Assembly: GCA_019057385.1 (NCBI GenBank)
Contig: JAHQJS010000006.1
Location: 805,038 to 869,037 of the forward strand
DNA length: 64,000 nucleotides
DNA from: Candidatus Borrarchaeum weybense
GTDB taxonomy: Archaea > Asgardarchaeota > Sifarchaeia > Borrarchaeales > Borrarchaeaceae
Direction of reading: 5' to 3'
Under the pieces are notes generated by a model. It worked only from the letters and a program-made list of their open reading frames with translations. It did no database searches and had not been told where the DNA came from. This document shows positions 19,225-29,201 of this stretch, one piece after another. The position numbers and the translations under genes are program-made. Positions within the stretch are counted from its first letter, which is position 1, and every line of letters begins with the position of its first letter.

Positions 19225-20427
19225 CTAACATAACGTGAATAATAACCCTTTTCCATATTTTACCAACTTAACGTTTTTAATTGCAATACTTGGATTTTTC
19301 CCTTTAGGATTTTCTAACACAACGCGCTTTCCAAGACAATGAACTCCTTTTACTCTATAGATTTTATTGTTATATTTTACAAGGTCATACGGTTGTAATT
19401 TGTATATCTGTCTCCTAATTGATGGCTTAAACCCTTTTCTATTCTTCTGTAGCGAACGATTATTTCTTCTGATTTGCTTGACCTTATACCGTCGGCAGCG
19501 TTCTTGATTGCTTCCACCAGCAATGACAAACGCATCGCTAACATGCGACTTTTCTAGCCCTAGTTTGGTACGCTGATATTTAGTAACGTATCCGTAGGTA
19601 TGCTCTGCCCCTAACTGCTCAACTATCCTCCAACGGAAAATATTCAAACATGTAGGTGCTTTAAGTGGTTGATTTGCCTGGTGCTGGATGGTAGAATAGC
19701 CAAACTCCTCAGCGGTCTGATTTCCCTTCTTTACATTACAAGTTCTACATGAGATTGTCAAATTAGACACTCGATCTGACCCACCTCTGCTTTTAGGAAT
19801 AATATGCTCGACTTCTAAAGGGATATCCTTTTTACCACAATAAGCACATGTTCGCCCCCACTTGTCTAACAGGTATTCCTTGACTTCGTAACCCTGAAGT
19901 TCACCCTGCTGATATGCTATGCCTGTAATTTCTGGCTGCTGCATTTTTTGAGTGTCGAAATTGGCTACTTCTACCCTTTTGTAGGTTATCGGTAGTATTG
20001 TTTCAAGCTTCGCAACTAATCTAATATGTGAATCTAATCTATGTTGATTACTAGGTGCTAACCATCCTTTAGGTCTTGTTCGGTTATTAAATCGAGGTGA
20101 TCTATACCCTAATCTTCTTCTACGGGCTTTGCGATACATCCGTCGTTCTTCTAGTTTTTGAGGCATATCTTTCCGAAGTGTTACTGTCCCACTTATGAGC
20201 TCTAACTTGTCGTTTTTGGCACTAAAACCGATGTTCGTATATCCGAGGTCCACTCCAAGTGTAATCGGTTGCCTAGTTTCTCCGGTGGAATAGTTCAACT
20301 GAATGGTAAAAGGGCATCTCTGAACAACGTGTGCCTTGCCGTCTCGTAGTAATTTCTTTCCTTTGGGTTGTGTAGTAGGCATGAGAGGTTGCCCTCTCAT
20401 GTTCAACACATAGATAGGTACTCTCAA
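19225..20427 (-). CDS. iscB: RNA-guided endonuclease IscB, apparently intact
   Basis: PLMP, RuvC-I LGVDLG, bridge helix RRMYRKARRRR, RuvC-II VEVANFD, HNH CAYC..EHIIPKSRGGSDRVSNL..C..CN, RuvC-III SHVSDA. Confidence 0.95.
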   Translation of the reverse strand: MRVPIYVLNMRGQPLMPTTQPKGKKLLRDGKAHVVQRCPFTIQLNYSTGETRQPITLGVDLGYTNIGFSAKNDKLELISGTVTLRKDMPQKLEERRMYRKARRRRLGYRSPRFNNRTRPKGWLAPSNQHRLDSHIRLVAKLETILPITYKRVEVANFDTQKMQQPEITGIAYQQGELQGYEVKEYLLDKWGRTCAYCGKKDIPLEVEHIIPKSRGGSDRVSNLTISCRTCNVKKGNQTAEEFGYSTIQHQANQPLKAPTCLNIFRWRIVEQLGAEHTYGYVTKYQRTKLGLEKSHVSDAFVIAGGSNQERCRRYKVKQIRRNNRSLQKNRKGFKPSIRRQIYKLQPYDLVKYNNKIYRVKGVHCLGKRVVLENPKGKNPSIAIKNVKLVKYGKGLLFTLC

Positions 20428-20699
20428 GTCCTATCTCCTCCTTTAAATTGCTTTAAAGTCGGTTGGTTCTCTTCGCCAAGGTTATCAGTCAGTACTCTAC
20501 GATGATCACTGAGAGTTTCCTCTCTGTTTAAACCACCGTTTACAGAGCAAGGGACTAGAGAAGCATCCCGTGGTGTGTTCTTTAACTCTCCTGATAACAT
20601 AGATATCGTCATAAACTATATGACCTCTCTTAGGCTAATCAACTAATTGCTCTTACTCCTCACGGAATAAGCCCCTACCTTTTGGGTGGGGTATTTGAC
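20428..20699 (-). ncRNA. omegaRNA (HEARO) scaffold of the IscB element
   Basis: GTCAA 5' hairpin, GTTGATTAGCCT, GGGATGCTTCTCTAGTCCC, TGGCGAAGAG motifs upstream of iscB. Confidence 0.85.
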
Positions 20700-21973
20700 G
20701 CTTCCTCTACTCTTTTCACTGCATCAGAAAAAAGCCTAATGAGTAGATCTATATCATAATCTTCAGGTGATATCTTTTCAATGAATTTTCTAAAATCTTT
20801 TTCTGGATTTTCGATTAGATACTCAACTTCTTCTCCAGGTTTAAGCTCCAAGTCTTCTGCAATAGGATCTGATATTCTGCCTATTGAGAATTGGAGTATG
20901 TTATAATCATCCTTTCGCATTATTTCATTATATAACTCAGTTAGTTCTGCATTGAAGCGTGCCCAGAATGTATGAGGCATATCGCCTTTCACACCAATTT
21001 TGACACGAAACGCTGAATCAAAATCAAATCCAGTAGCTAATTTGTGTGTGTTGAGATACTTTTGTACTTTTTCAATTACCGCTGAAGGAGGATCGTCAGT
21101 ATTTGCATCAATTATCGTAGAAAGCATAGGTCGCGAATCAAGGGTGATAGATGTAACATTGGGTAGTTCATCATGTTCTGCTTGTACCTCTAATATTACT
21201 TTTTCTTGATCTGATTCATCAAAACGCCAACGCTCTATTGCTCCTGCATTATAGGCTTTTTTGCTAATTTTTTCAAAATGATGATTATGTCCGACCGCTA
21301 AATAATCAAAATCTATATCAAGAAGTTCTGCTGGCAAAGTTTCATCTAGTTTCATTCCATGGGTTACACCTATTTCTGTAACACCTTTATTTGAAGTATT
21401 GTAAGTTTTCAGCCAATTTAAATACTCATCTTTAGCATCTTCGCTAAGTGATCCAAGATATTTTTTATTAACGAATGGAAAACAATGAATTACACAGTCT
21501 TTTTCGTTGAGATTGTAGATCAATTGTTTTTTGTTCCCTTGCAAGACGTTTATTAGGTCATCCCAAAATGTAAAGACCTTCACATTTTCTAGAACTTCAA
21601 AACTCTGTATCGTTGAAGTCCTTCGGGAATGAAAAATGCCATGATTTCCATCTATTATGATCGTTGGAATGCCTGCACGATCTAATCTTTTAAGTCCTTT
21701 AACTGCGATGTTCCGAGAAGCCTCAGACGGTGGATAAGGATGTCTTAAAAAGGGGTAATGATAGAAATCGCCGCTATGAACAATAAAATCAATTTCATCC
21801 TTTTTTTCAAGCGCATATGTAATAATCTTCCAATAGGCCCTTGCAAAATCAAATTCAATTGGTTGGAAGTTCATATTGAGATATTTTATTGTCATATGTC
21901 GGACATCGCTTGAAGTGCACCCAAGATGGGTATCTGAAACATGCAAAAAGTTGACCATTATGAAGTTCCTCAT
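20675..21973 (-). CDS. mre11: Mre11 nuclease; the last 7 residues are encoded by the IS end
   Basis: SDTHLG, SGDFY, GNH, THG, GHNH phosphoesterase motifs; operon position. Confidence 0.88.
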   Translation of the reverse strand: MRNFIMVNFLHVSDTHLGCTSSDVRHMTIKYLNMNFQPIEFDFARAYWKIITYALEKKDEIDFIVHSGDFYHYPFLRHPYPPSEASRNIAVKGLKRLDRAGIPTIIIDGNHGIFHSRRTSTIQSFEVLENVKVFTFWDDLINVLQGNKKQLIYNLNEKDCVIHCFPFVNKKYLGSLSEDAKDEYLNWLKTYNTSNKGVTEIGVTHGMKLDETLPAELLDIDFDYLAVGHNHHFEKISKKAYNAGAIERWRFDESDQEKVILEVQAEHDELPNVTSITLDSRPMLSTIIDANTDDPPSAVIEKVQKYLNTHKLATGFDFDSAFRVKIGVKGDMPHTFWARFNAELTELYNEIMRKDDYNILQFSIGRISDPIAEDLELKPGEEVEYLIENPEKDFRKFIEKISPEDYDIDLLIRLFSDAVKRVEEASNTPPKR

Positions 21974-23721
21974 TACAGTATAACTTTTGGATCCTTAGCA
22001 TCTTTAATGGTAGTATATTTTGCACTATCCTTTTTAAAACGATCGTCAAAGAGAGGTACATGAACAACAAAAGGAAGATCACGATAACTTGCTGTTACAA
22101 CAGCTTCTCCACGATCTAATACCTTAAATTCACTCTCAAAGTCTGAAATGTCTCTGCTAGCTGCTTTTATGGCTAATCGTATTTCATCAGCATTTCCAAG
22201 TGCTAAAACAATTTGTGTGTTAAGTTGACTCAATAGAGCGGGATTAATCGATGAAACTTGTTGACTTATGACCGCCAAACCGATTCCAAACTTTCTGCCT
22301 TGACGGGAAATAGCTTTATAGACATTACCTTCAAATCTCATTAGATCTGGAGTGAGAATAGAGGGTGCTTCTTCCACAGTTATGAGAATAGGAACAAGCT
22401 CTGAAGTGTCTTTTACTGTAGTTTGATCTTTTAAGTAGAACTTTTGTATCAAGTTTTTTTGTGAAAAGTCTTTTCTAATGCATTCAGATAAATCACGCGT
22501 TGCAATTTGCTTCTTTAGGATATCTAGTGTATTACTGGATTTTACTGCTTTGCGCAGTTCAAAAACTGTGCGCGCAATTATTGTTGTGCTGAGAAATTGC
22601 TCCCTTTGACTCGTAATGCTTGTATTGAATAATAATACACGCCCCATCTCAAGGGCAGAAACAACATCTAACAGATTTGAACCAGTGTAGCCATCACGAA
22701 AAATGTTAGATCGTCTTAAGAAGGCCAAGTATCTTTCGACAGCATTAACTGTTGCATCCATAAAACCTTGCGCGTCTCCAACATTATTTATCCATTCGTC
22801 ACCGTAAACTGCATGTAGTGAATACATATAAGCTATTTGTGGTGGGGTAAATTGATGGATAGACATAAGATCAATTGGCAGTATCTCTTGTAAGGAAATT
22901 TTGAGTTTTTTAGCATATCTTTGGACATCCCTTGCTGTAGCATCGATACTAGTGGTTAGGTAATAGAAATCGCCAAAAAGCTCACGTCGTACTTTGCTTG
23001 AGCGACTGTCGATTTCATCTATGATATCTTGTATTCCAAACTTTCCTGTCCCTAATGCATATTCATCATGTGGATCGATTGTTAAGAGAGTTATTCTATC
23101 TTCAATACCGTTTAAATAACATTGAAGGTTGTAATCTATGAAGGATTTTGTGATAACCTGCATTAGATTAGATTTTCCAGAGCCAGTAGCACCAAAAATA
23201 CCAACGTGCATTGGAATTTTTCCTTTCGGTATCATAACATCAATATTGAGACTTTCTTCACCTACCAGTAAGTCCCCGACAAATATATCGCCTGAAAGTT
23301 GTGATGCTAAAATATCCTTCAAAGAATCTTCGTTTTGAACTTTCTGAACTTTATAGATTGCTGAAAAATGTTCAGGTAGTCGTCTAGCTTTTTTGAAAAC
23401 GAATTTATTGTCTTTATCATGGTATTTGCCATATCCTAATAGACTTCCTTCGACAGCAATGAGTTTTTCCTCTTCCAAATTAGCAAGATATGCGTCTTTT
23501 TCGACAACCAAGGTTTCAGCAACGGTATCAATAGAGCTGAGTCGTCTTATTATATTCTCAAAATTACTTATACGAAAAATAAAATACCGATACTCACCTC
23601 TCGAAGATGGAATAAGAAAGATGTCTCCTACAGAAAGATCTTCATTTTTTGTAATAACAACAAGTTTTCCTAAATGCCCTCCGGCTAAGACGCCAAATGG
23701 CATACCTAGATCTAATTCCAA
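21973..23721 (-). CDS. herA: HerA helicase/ATPase
   Basis: HAS-like N-terminus, GATGSGKS, DPHDEY, VEEAP, RQGRKFGIGL..ISQ. Confidence 0.88.
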   Translation of the reverse strand: MELDLGMPFGVLAGGHLGKLVVITKNEDLSVGDIFLIPSSRGEYRYFIFRISNFENIIRRLSSIDTVAETLVVEKDAYLANLEEEKLIAVEGSLLGYGKYHDKDNKFVFKKARRLPEHFSAIYKVQKVQNEDSLKDILASQLSGDIFVGDLLVGEESLNIDVMIPKGKIPMHVGIFGATGSGKSNLMQVITKSFIDYNLQCYLNGIEDRITLLTIDPHDEYALGTGKFGIQDIIDEIDSRSSKVRRELFGDFYYLTTSIDATARDVQRYAKKLKISLQEILPIDLMSIHQFTPPQIAYMYSLHAVYGDEWINNVGDAQGFMDATVNAVERYLAFLRRSNIFRDGYTGSNLLDVVSALEMGRVLLFNTSITSQREQFLSTTIIARTVFELRKAVKSSNTLDILKKQIATRDLSECIRKDFSQKNLIQKFYLKDQTTVKDTSELVPILITVEEAPSILTPDLMRFEGNVYKAISRQGRKFGIGLAVISQQVSSINPALLSQLNTQIVLALGNADEIRLAIKAASRDISDFESEFKVLDRGEAVVTASYRDLPFVVHVPLFDDRFKKDSAKYTTIKDAKDPKVIL

Positions 23722-23733
23722 GTTTGCTCATCC

Positions 23734-24999
23734 TCACAATCCTATTTTTTTCCTAGCTGATATTAAATGTTCTTCCTTTATGCCTAATTCTTTTGCAATT
23801 TGTATTGCCCTACTAGTTAAAACCTCACGAACGATGTGAGTTAGAGTACATTTTTTATGAGCGAATCCAGGTGGACAAGGATAGCCATACCAGTTTGCTT
23901 CATGGCTCATGAAGTCAAGTTCTCTAAATAGTTTCATTTCACGGTTCTTCATTTTTTCTTTATCTTCATTGAAAATAGACTTCATCCACCAAAAATAGTC
24001 AAAGTCGATTCTAAATATCGGAGAAGTCTCAGAAAACTTGAAAATATAAGTAACTGCCATAGCAGGGGGTATTTCTCGATTTTCATAGATAGTGAGTTTC
24101 CCTTGCGGATCTTCACGACCTGGTATTCGACAAAACCAATGTGCATGGGATCCAAAACGCTCTTTAGCAATATCTGAAATTTGCGTGGCTCCAGGAAGTG
24201 TATGTGTTTTGCTCAATCCACAGACAATGATATCGCGTTTTCTTGAAGTTAAACATAGATCTCTAAGAAGATAATCCCCAATTGGCACTTTCTGTCTGCC
24301 TGGTGGAAAAATTGTTAATGATCCATCGAGAATAAGATATTTTATTGGTAAATCACTAAGTACAACCTGTTTTGCCAGACTATATTCCGCAATTTCTCGT
24401 ACCGATTGAAGTATGTTATCCTCCTGCAGTGGACTTGGGAATAGAATATAATTTAGTAGTTCCGATGCGATTTTTTTAATTAATTTATTTTTATCAGTGA
24501 TTTGTAATTCCTCTGGATCCCATTCTGAATACTCCGTCATATGTGAGAGAATTGGATCAACTAAATCTGGCATTGGGTAGACTGACTCACAAAAATCAAT
24601 TAATTGTTGAATGAAAAGCGATCGATCCGCTGAAAAGTTAAAAACTTTCGTTAATAGTCCATTATTTGGAATTACGTCATCTAAAGCTATAAATTTCATT
24701 GGTTTGTTTTCATGTGTATTTGTATTGTGAATTACAGTCGCTGCTGTCACTAATTGTATAAAATTGTCTTCAAAATTACAAAGAGAAGATATACCACTTC
24801 CGTCTACCGCTGCAACTAAAAAATCATCATCAAATTTATGTGCAAATGGAAACGGCTCAAATTTCATTAATAGGTTTTCTAATCTCTGTAAATCTTGATT
24901 TAGTTTTTTAGCTTGAGATATGCTCCTTTCCTTAAGAAGTTTGAAAGTCTCTCGCATCTCTTCATCAAAAGTTTTCGAAAAAAAATTGTCTATGGACAA
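23734..24999 (-). CDS. nurA: NurA nuclease
   Basis: AAVDGS, LILDGSL, GLSKT, GYPCPPGFAH motifs; upstream of herA. Confidence 0.88.
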   Translation of the reverse strand: MSIDNFFSKTFDEEMRETFKLLKERSISQAKKLNQDLQRLENLLMKFEPFPFAHKFDDDFLVAAVDGSGISSLCNFEDNFIQLVTAATVIHNTNTHENKPMKFIALDDVIPNNGLLTKVFNFSADRSLFIQQLIDFCESVYPMPDLVDPILSHMTEYSEWDPEELQITDKNKLIKKIASELLNYILFPSPLQEDNILQSVREIAEYSLAKQVVLSDLPIKYLILDGSLTIFPPGRQKVPIGDYLLRDLCLTSRKRDIIVCGLSKTHTLPGATQISDIAKERFGSHAHWFCRIPGREDPQGKLTIYENREIPPAMAVTYIFKFSETSPIFRIDFDYFWWMKSIFNEDKEKMKNREMKLFRELDFMSHEANWYGYPCPPGFAHKKCTLTHIVREVLTSRAIQIAKELGIKEEHLISARKKIGL

Positions 25000-25046
25000 A
25001 GTAACTCCTCAGTACTAATTTACTATACTGTGTATAAATTTCTTGA

Positions 25047-25054
25047 TTTATAAA
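25047..25054 (-). promoter_or_regulatory. Putative TATA box of the nurA-herA-mre11-rad50 operon
   Basis: TTTATAAA about 48 nt upstream of the nurA TTG. Confidence 0.45.
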
Positions 25055-25358
25055 CAACTACAGGGATCAGTGAAAGTGATCAAAATAAGGGTTTTTAATG
25101 TAAAGTATCCTGCAGATATTGAGAGTTATCAGAAATCAGGTTAGAACGCCAAAACGTTATTTATAAATAACCTTAAATTAATGGCACAAACTTTTTGCTT
25201 AGTCACGTTCTTATATCACTCAACTTGAGTTACATCTCAATTATCATAGGGAATTGGTCGATTGGAAAGCTTCTCGTTCTGGCAAAGATGGTTCAAATTC
25301 CTTAATTGTACTCTCCTTAAACATCAAAAAGAAATTTGTGATCAAGAGTTTATAGATA

Positions 25359-26255
25359 TTAAGAGGATTTCGCATTTTCTTTTAAAATAGACAATTTAGA
25401 CCTAATTTTTGAACGATAATATTCAGAGGGGATCTTTTCTGATAATTTTAATGCGATCTGAACGATTTCCAGGTTTCTATTGTGTGTAGCAGTTTTTGTT
25501 AAGAGTCGCGTGATTTCCACAATAGCTTTTTCACGATAATTTTTCAGCTCGATTTGATCTACAATTTTCAAAACGTCTTTGATATAAGAGATATCAGTTG
25601 TGTTTTTACAAAGATCAGCAAGACGGAATGCAATATTTCTTAAAAGCATTTTGCGATAATCTTTATCATTGAACTTTTTACTTAATACTAAGATTTCATT
25701 AAGTATAGAAAGGTTTCTTGACTTCTTAACAATGTTTCTCAAAATTACAGTTACTTGATGTGCAATATCGATGTGAGGTTGATCTATAATATTATTAAGA
25801 ATTTTTTCTGTAATTTCAAGAGTTTCATGAAGAATTTTAACATTCTGAATTTCGGAACTGGTTTCACTCAGCGATCTTGCAATTTCAAGAAGAATTTCTA
25901 AACGAGATGCAGTGAAAACAATTTCGTTTGCAATGTTTATAGCTTCATGAATGATTTGAATAGCTTCTTGCATTTTATCCAGTTTCAACATTGCTTGTGC
26001 AATTTCATTTAGGACATATGGTCTTAAATATTCGCTTTGTATTGTTTTTGCTAGATTTATTGCCTTCTCAAGTTGGATCATGGCTTGATCTTTTCTCCCT
26101 TTTCCAATAAGAAAAAATACTTCTTTTAGCACCTTTTTTGCTTGTTCAGAAGCATCCATTTCAATCAACTCCGTGCAAATGAACCTCCTTACCCTAAACT
26201 TGCCCCTAAGACTTGAGAAGAAAAATAGGTCCGAATTATAGATTACTATTAGCAT
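25359..26255 (-). CDS. Alpha-helical repeat (TPR-like) hypothetical protein; true start probably at MDASEQ
   Basis: Repeated ..AI.LA..I.....R...L.EIA helical units. Confidence 0.6.
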   Translation of the reverse strand: MLIVIYNSDLFFFSSLRGKFRVRRFICTELIEMDASEQAKKVLKEVFFLIGKGRKDQAMIQLEKAINLAKTIQSEYLRPYVLNEIAQAMLKLDKMQEAIQIIHEAINIANEIVFTASRLEILLEIARSLSETSSEIQNVKILHETLEITEKILNNIIDQPHIDIAHQVTVILRNIVKKSRNLSILNEILVLSKKFNDKDYRKMLLRNIAFRLADLCKNTTDISYIKDVLKIVDQIELKNYREKAIVEITRLLTKTATHNRNLEIVQIALKLSEKIPSEYYRSKIRSKLSILKENAKSS

Positions 26256-26414
26256 CTATATAAAACTGAAATGAACTATTCCCTTAATAATTCTAAAATT
26301 AAGATTATCAGCAAAAATGCATATTAAAAGTCGTAAGAATAATGATTTAAATGAAGAAATAATAAGATATTCTTGTTATTTATAAGCTACAAGAAACAAA
26401 GGGAGGAATTTTAA

Positions 26415-26876
26415 ACGTATAATAAGATTTTAGTTCCGGTAGATGGCTCTAAAATTGCTTTAAAAGCTGCAGGTCACGCAATCAATATGGCTAAACTCAT
26501 GAACGCAGAAATAGAGGTCCTTCATGTAATACCCGAAACCGAAGAAGCTGAAAAAGAGAAAAAATTTCTGGAAGACAAAGTTGAAGAATCGCTTAGTCTA
26601 TTTACTGAACTTTTTGGACAAAGTTATATCAACCAAATAGAAGAGGTTTGTAGCACGCAAGGAGTAGCTATGACAAAGATAATAGAACGTGGTGAACCCG
26701 GTCCAAAAATTGTGGAGGAAGCAAAAAAGCAAGATATCGAACTGATTGTAATCGGTCGCCGAAGCGAAACAACGGAAGCCAAGCTAATGGGAAATATCAC
26801 AGAATATGTATTGAAAAACTCAAGATGCCCAGTTTTAATCGTTACAACAGATGCACCTAATTTCTGTGAATTATAA
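26415..26876 (+). CDS. Universal stress protein, copy 1 (ACG in start position)
   Basis: Frame extends upstream of the track start to (T)YNKILVPVDGSK after GGAGG; ends ..CPVLIV. Confidence 0.85.
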   Translation, partial: TYNKILVPVDGSKIALKAAGHAINMAKLMNAEIEVLHVIPETEEAEKEKKFLEDKVEESLSLFTELFGQSYINQIEEVCSTQGVAMTKIIERGEPGPKIVEEAKKQDIELIVIGRRSETTEAKLMGNITEYVLKNSRCPVLIVTTDAPNFCEL

Positions 26877-26953
26877 AGGTACTATGAATCGAAAGGAAAA
26901 AATTGAGCTAGTAGGTTTTCCGGTATTGAGTATCATAATTTAAAGATTGGCTA

Positions 26954-28309
26954 TCACCAGCCGAGCACAGCTGAAAGTAGGATAATATATCCTGTTGCCA
27001 CTGCAAGATTTGCGAGAGTTATAATTCCTCCTAGTTTGATAAAGTTAAGCCATGAAATATGTGCGTCTTCTTTTTCGAGCAAAGAAATTGCCACAATGTT
27101 TGCGACGCCTCCGATCGGAGTCAGATTTGCGCCTAAATTCGCGCCTAGAATTGTTGCCCATATTATCGATGTTTCATTAAATCCAATTGCAGCAATATTT
27201 GGAATAACAAAAACTAACACTGCAGCTACGCTGATATTATCCATAAACCCAGAAAGAAGTGCACTGAGCCAAATAATAATAACCCACAGCACATACTTAT
27301 TCCCTCCCGCTGCAGCACCTATAGACTCCGCAAATAAATCCAAAAGTCCTACTTTATGAGCTCCTCCAACAATAATGAAAATACCCACGAAGAAAATGGC
27401 CATTTCCCAATCCAGCTTTCTTAGGATAACTTCTATTCTTATGCCTGAGAAGAATATAAAGAGAATGGCACTAGTCAATGCCACGACATAAAATGGAATA
27501 TTTATGAAACTGGCAACCACAAATCCCGCGATCGTTCCTATTAACAATACTGCAGATCTATAAAATACTGGTCGACTTCTAACTACTTGCCACTCATCTA
27601 AACTCAATAAAGCGCTTTTAAGGTCTACAGATGCGTTCGCAGCTTCTTCTTGTATCTTTTTGCCATAAAGTAATTTAAATAAGAGTAGATTTGTTATGAC
27701 AAGAAGTGCACCTATTGGAAGACCAAGTGCGATAAATCCTTCGTAGGTAAGAAAATGTTCAGGGGCAAGTTGATATCTCGCAGCAATTAATATGTTTACA
27801 AAGGAACTGATGACTGTAGATACCCCTGCTGAGTTAGCAACCATGATTTCGCTAATAATGAAGGGCTGGGGATCCAATTGCATATTTCTTGTAACGACAA
27901 GAGTAAGTGCTCCGACGATAATAAAAGCTGGAGCAGCACCCAAAAGGGCAGCAAGACCAAAGGTCAACAGATTCATATATAAGAAGATCTTGGTAGGTTC
28001 ACCTTCTGTTAACTTAATTATCTTGATCGTGATCCAATCGAACAGCCCAGAGGTTCGTGATACCTCAACTATTACTAAAACGGATACTACTATTGTTATT
28101 GTTCGCCAATCAATGATTTCGCCGAATAGCTCGGCGTCTGTGAAAATTTCAAGACCTGTAGTTAGGAAAGTAACTTTCACAAATAATATAACGCCTATTC
28201 CTCCGAGCAAAGCCGCCAATGTTTTATTCATTTTTTCTGTCGAAATGAGAATGTATGTGCCGATCAATATTATGGCAATTACAATCACCGCAGTGACGTT
28301 ATCCGACAA
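26954..28309 (-). CDS. ArsB/NhaD (IT superfamily) transporter, copy 1
   Basis: SGLF.W, LSGFMDNI, GANLGANLTPIG motifs; about 12 TM. Confidence 0.85.
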   Translation of the reverse strand: MSDNVTAVIVIAIILIGTYILISTEKMNKTLAALLGGIGVILFVKVTFLTTGLEIFTDAELFGEIIDWRTITIVVSVLVIVEVSRTSGLFDWITIKIIKLTEGEPTKIFLYMNLLTFGLAALLGAAPAFIIVGALTLVVTRNMQLDPQPFIISEIMVANSAGVSTVISSFVNILIAARYQLAPEHFLTYEGFIALGLPIGALLVITNLLLFKLLYGKKIQEEAANASVDLKSALLSLDEWQVVRSRPVFYRSAVLLIGTIAGFVVASFINIPFYVVALTSAILFIFFSGIRIEVILRKLDWEMAIFFVGIFIIVGGAHKVGLLDLFAESIGAAAGGNKYVLWVIIIWLSALLSGFMDNISVAAVLVFVIPNIAAIGFNETSIIWATILGANLGANLTPIGGVANIVAISLLEKEDAHISWLNFIKLGGIITLANLAVATGYIILLSAVLGW

Positions 28310-28652
28310 ATAATGTCCTCCGTTATTTCTTACTCAGTAGTTATTCAATATATGACACACGTATAAAAAAATGGTTTATTAAAGTTATAGATAAATAGCG
28401 TGAATCACAAAATCGGGAATAGTGACAAATAATTATGATTGTTGTGATAAGAGGATTTCTCAAGGTGTTTGGGACAAAGTTCTTTTAAGTGTTCTCCTTT
28501 TTAAAAACCGATGAATACGTCTTAAACAAATTAACTACCTTTATAAGTATTTTAACTCATTAATGAATAGATTAATACAAATTGAAATAGAATGAGACTT
28601 CTTATTAAGTATGCTGGACTTTCATAATTGAAAATTATGACGAGGTATAAAA

Positions 28653-29111
28653 TTGTATACAAAGATTTTAGTTCCAATAGATGGTTCAAAAATTGCTCTA
28701 AAAGCTGCAGGTCACGCAATCAATATGGCTAAACAAATGAACGCAGAACTTGTGATTCTTTATGTTGCACCTGAAACCGAAGATACTAGAACAAGAAAAC
28801 AGTTATTCGGGGATGCAGCTCTCGAAGAAGAAATTGCAAAATTCTCTGAACTTTTCGGAAAAAGTTACATAAAAGAGGTAGAGAGAATCTGCAGCACAAA
28901 AGATGTTAAAATGCACACTATGATTATACGCGGTAAGCCTGGTCCTAAAATAATTGAGGAAGCAAAAAAGGAAGATATTGATTTAATTGTAATGGGACGC
29001 AAAAGTGAAATGACTGAGACAATGCAGTTGGGACCTGCCGCGCGTTATGTTGCAGAACATTCAAAATGTCCCGTTTTGATAATCACGTTGAGCGCACCTG
29101 ATTTCTGTTAA
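28653..29111 (+). CDS. Universal stress protein, copy 2
   Basis: YTKILVPIDGS...DLIVMG...LG..A..V...CPVLI. Confidence 0.9.
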   Translation: MYTKILVPIDGSKIALKAAGHAINMAKQMNAELVILYVAPETEDTRTRKQLFGDAALEEEIAKFSELFGKSYIKEVERICSTKDVKMHTMIIRGKPGPKIIEEAKKEDIDLIVMGRKSEMTETMQLGPAARYVAEHSKCPVLIITLSAPDFC

Positions 29112-29201
29112 GCAAGCGAATCCTTTAAAGCAGAAAGGGCTCTTATTTTTCAAGTATCAAGATTTTTCGGGCATACAAAACATGTTTCAAAATGTATATT
29201 C

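Larger units (their letters stand above)
19168..20699 (-). mobile_element. Non-autonomous IS200/IS605-type element carrying omegaRNA + iscB, between mre11 and rad50
   Basis: Starts GTCAAATACCCCACCCAAAAGGTAGGGGCTT; ends with hairpin CCTCTTTCCT..AGGAAAGAGG..GATCTTA immediately before ATGAA; no tnpA. Confidence 0.9.

Noticed and set aside
20424-20612. 62-aa ORF upstream of iscB
   Set aside because: It lies wholly within the omegaRNA scaffold
19168-20699. IStron / self-splicing intron explanation for the harmless insertion
   Set aside because: The element is fully accounted for by omegaRNA + iscB + short end; no group I core was seen, and splicing is unnecessary because both genes stay open
16606-24999. 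HerA/SMC block as an anti-phage system
   Set aside because: The complete nurA-herA-mre11-rad50 set with a zinc hook matches the housekeeping archaeal resection operon
25245-25305. tRNA-like GGTTCAAATTCC segment
   Set aside because: No acceptor, D or anticodon stems can be formed
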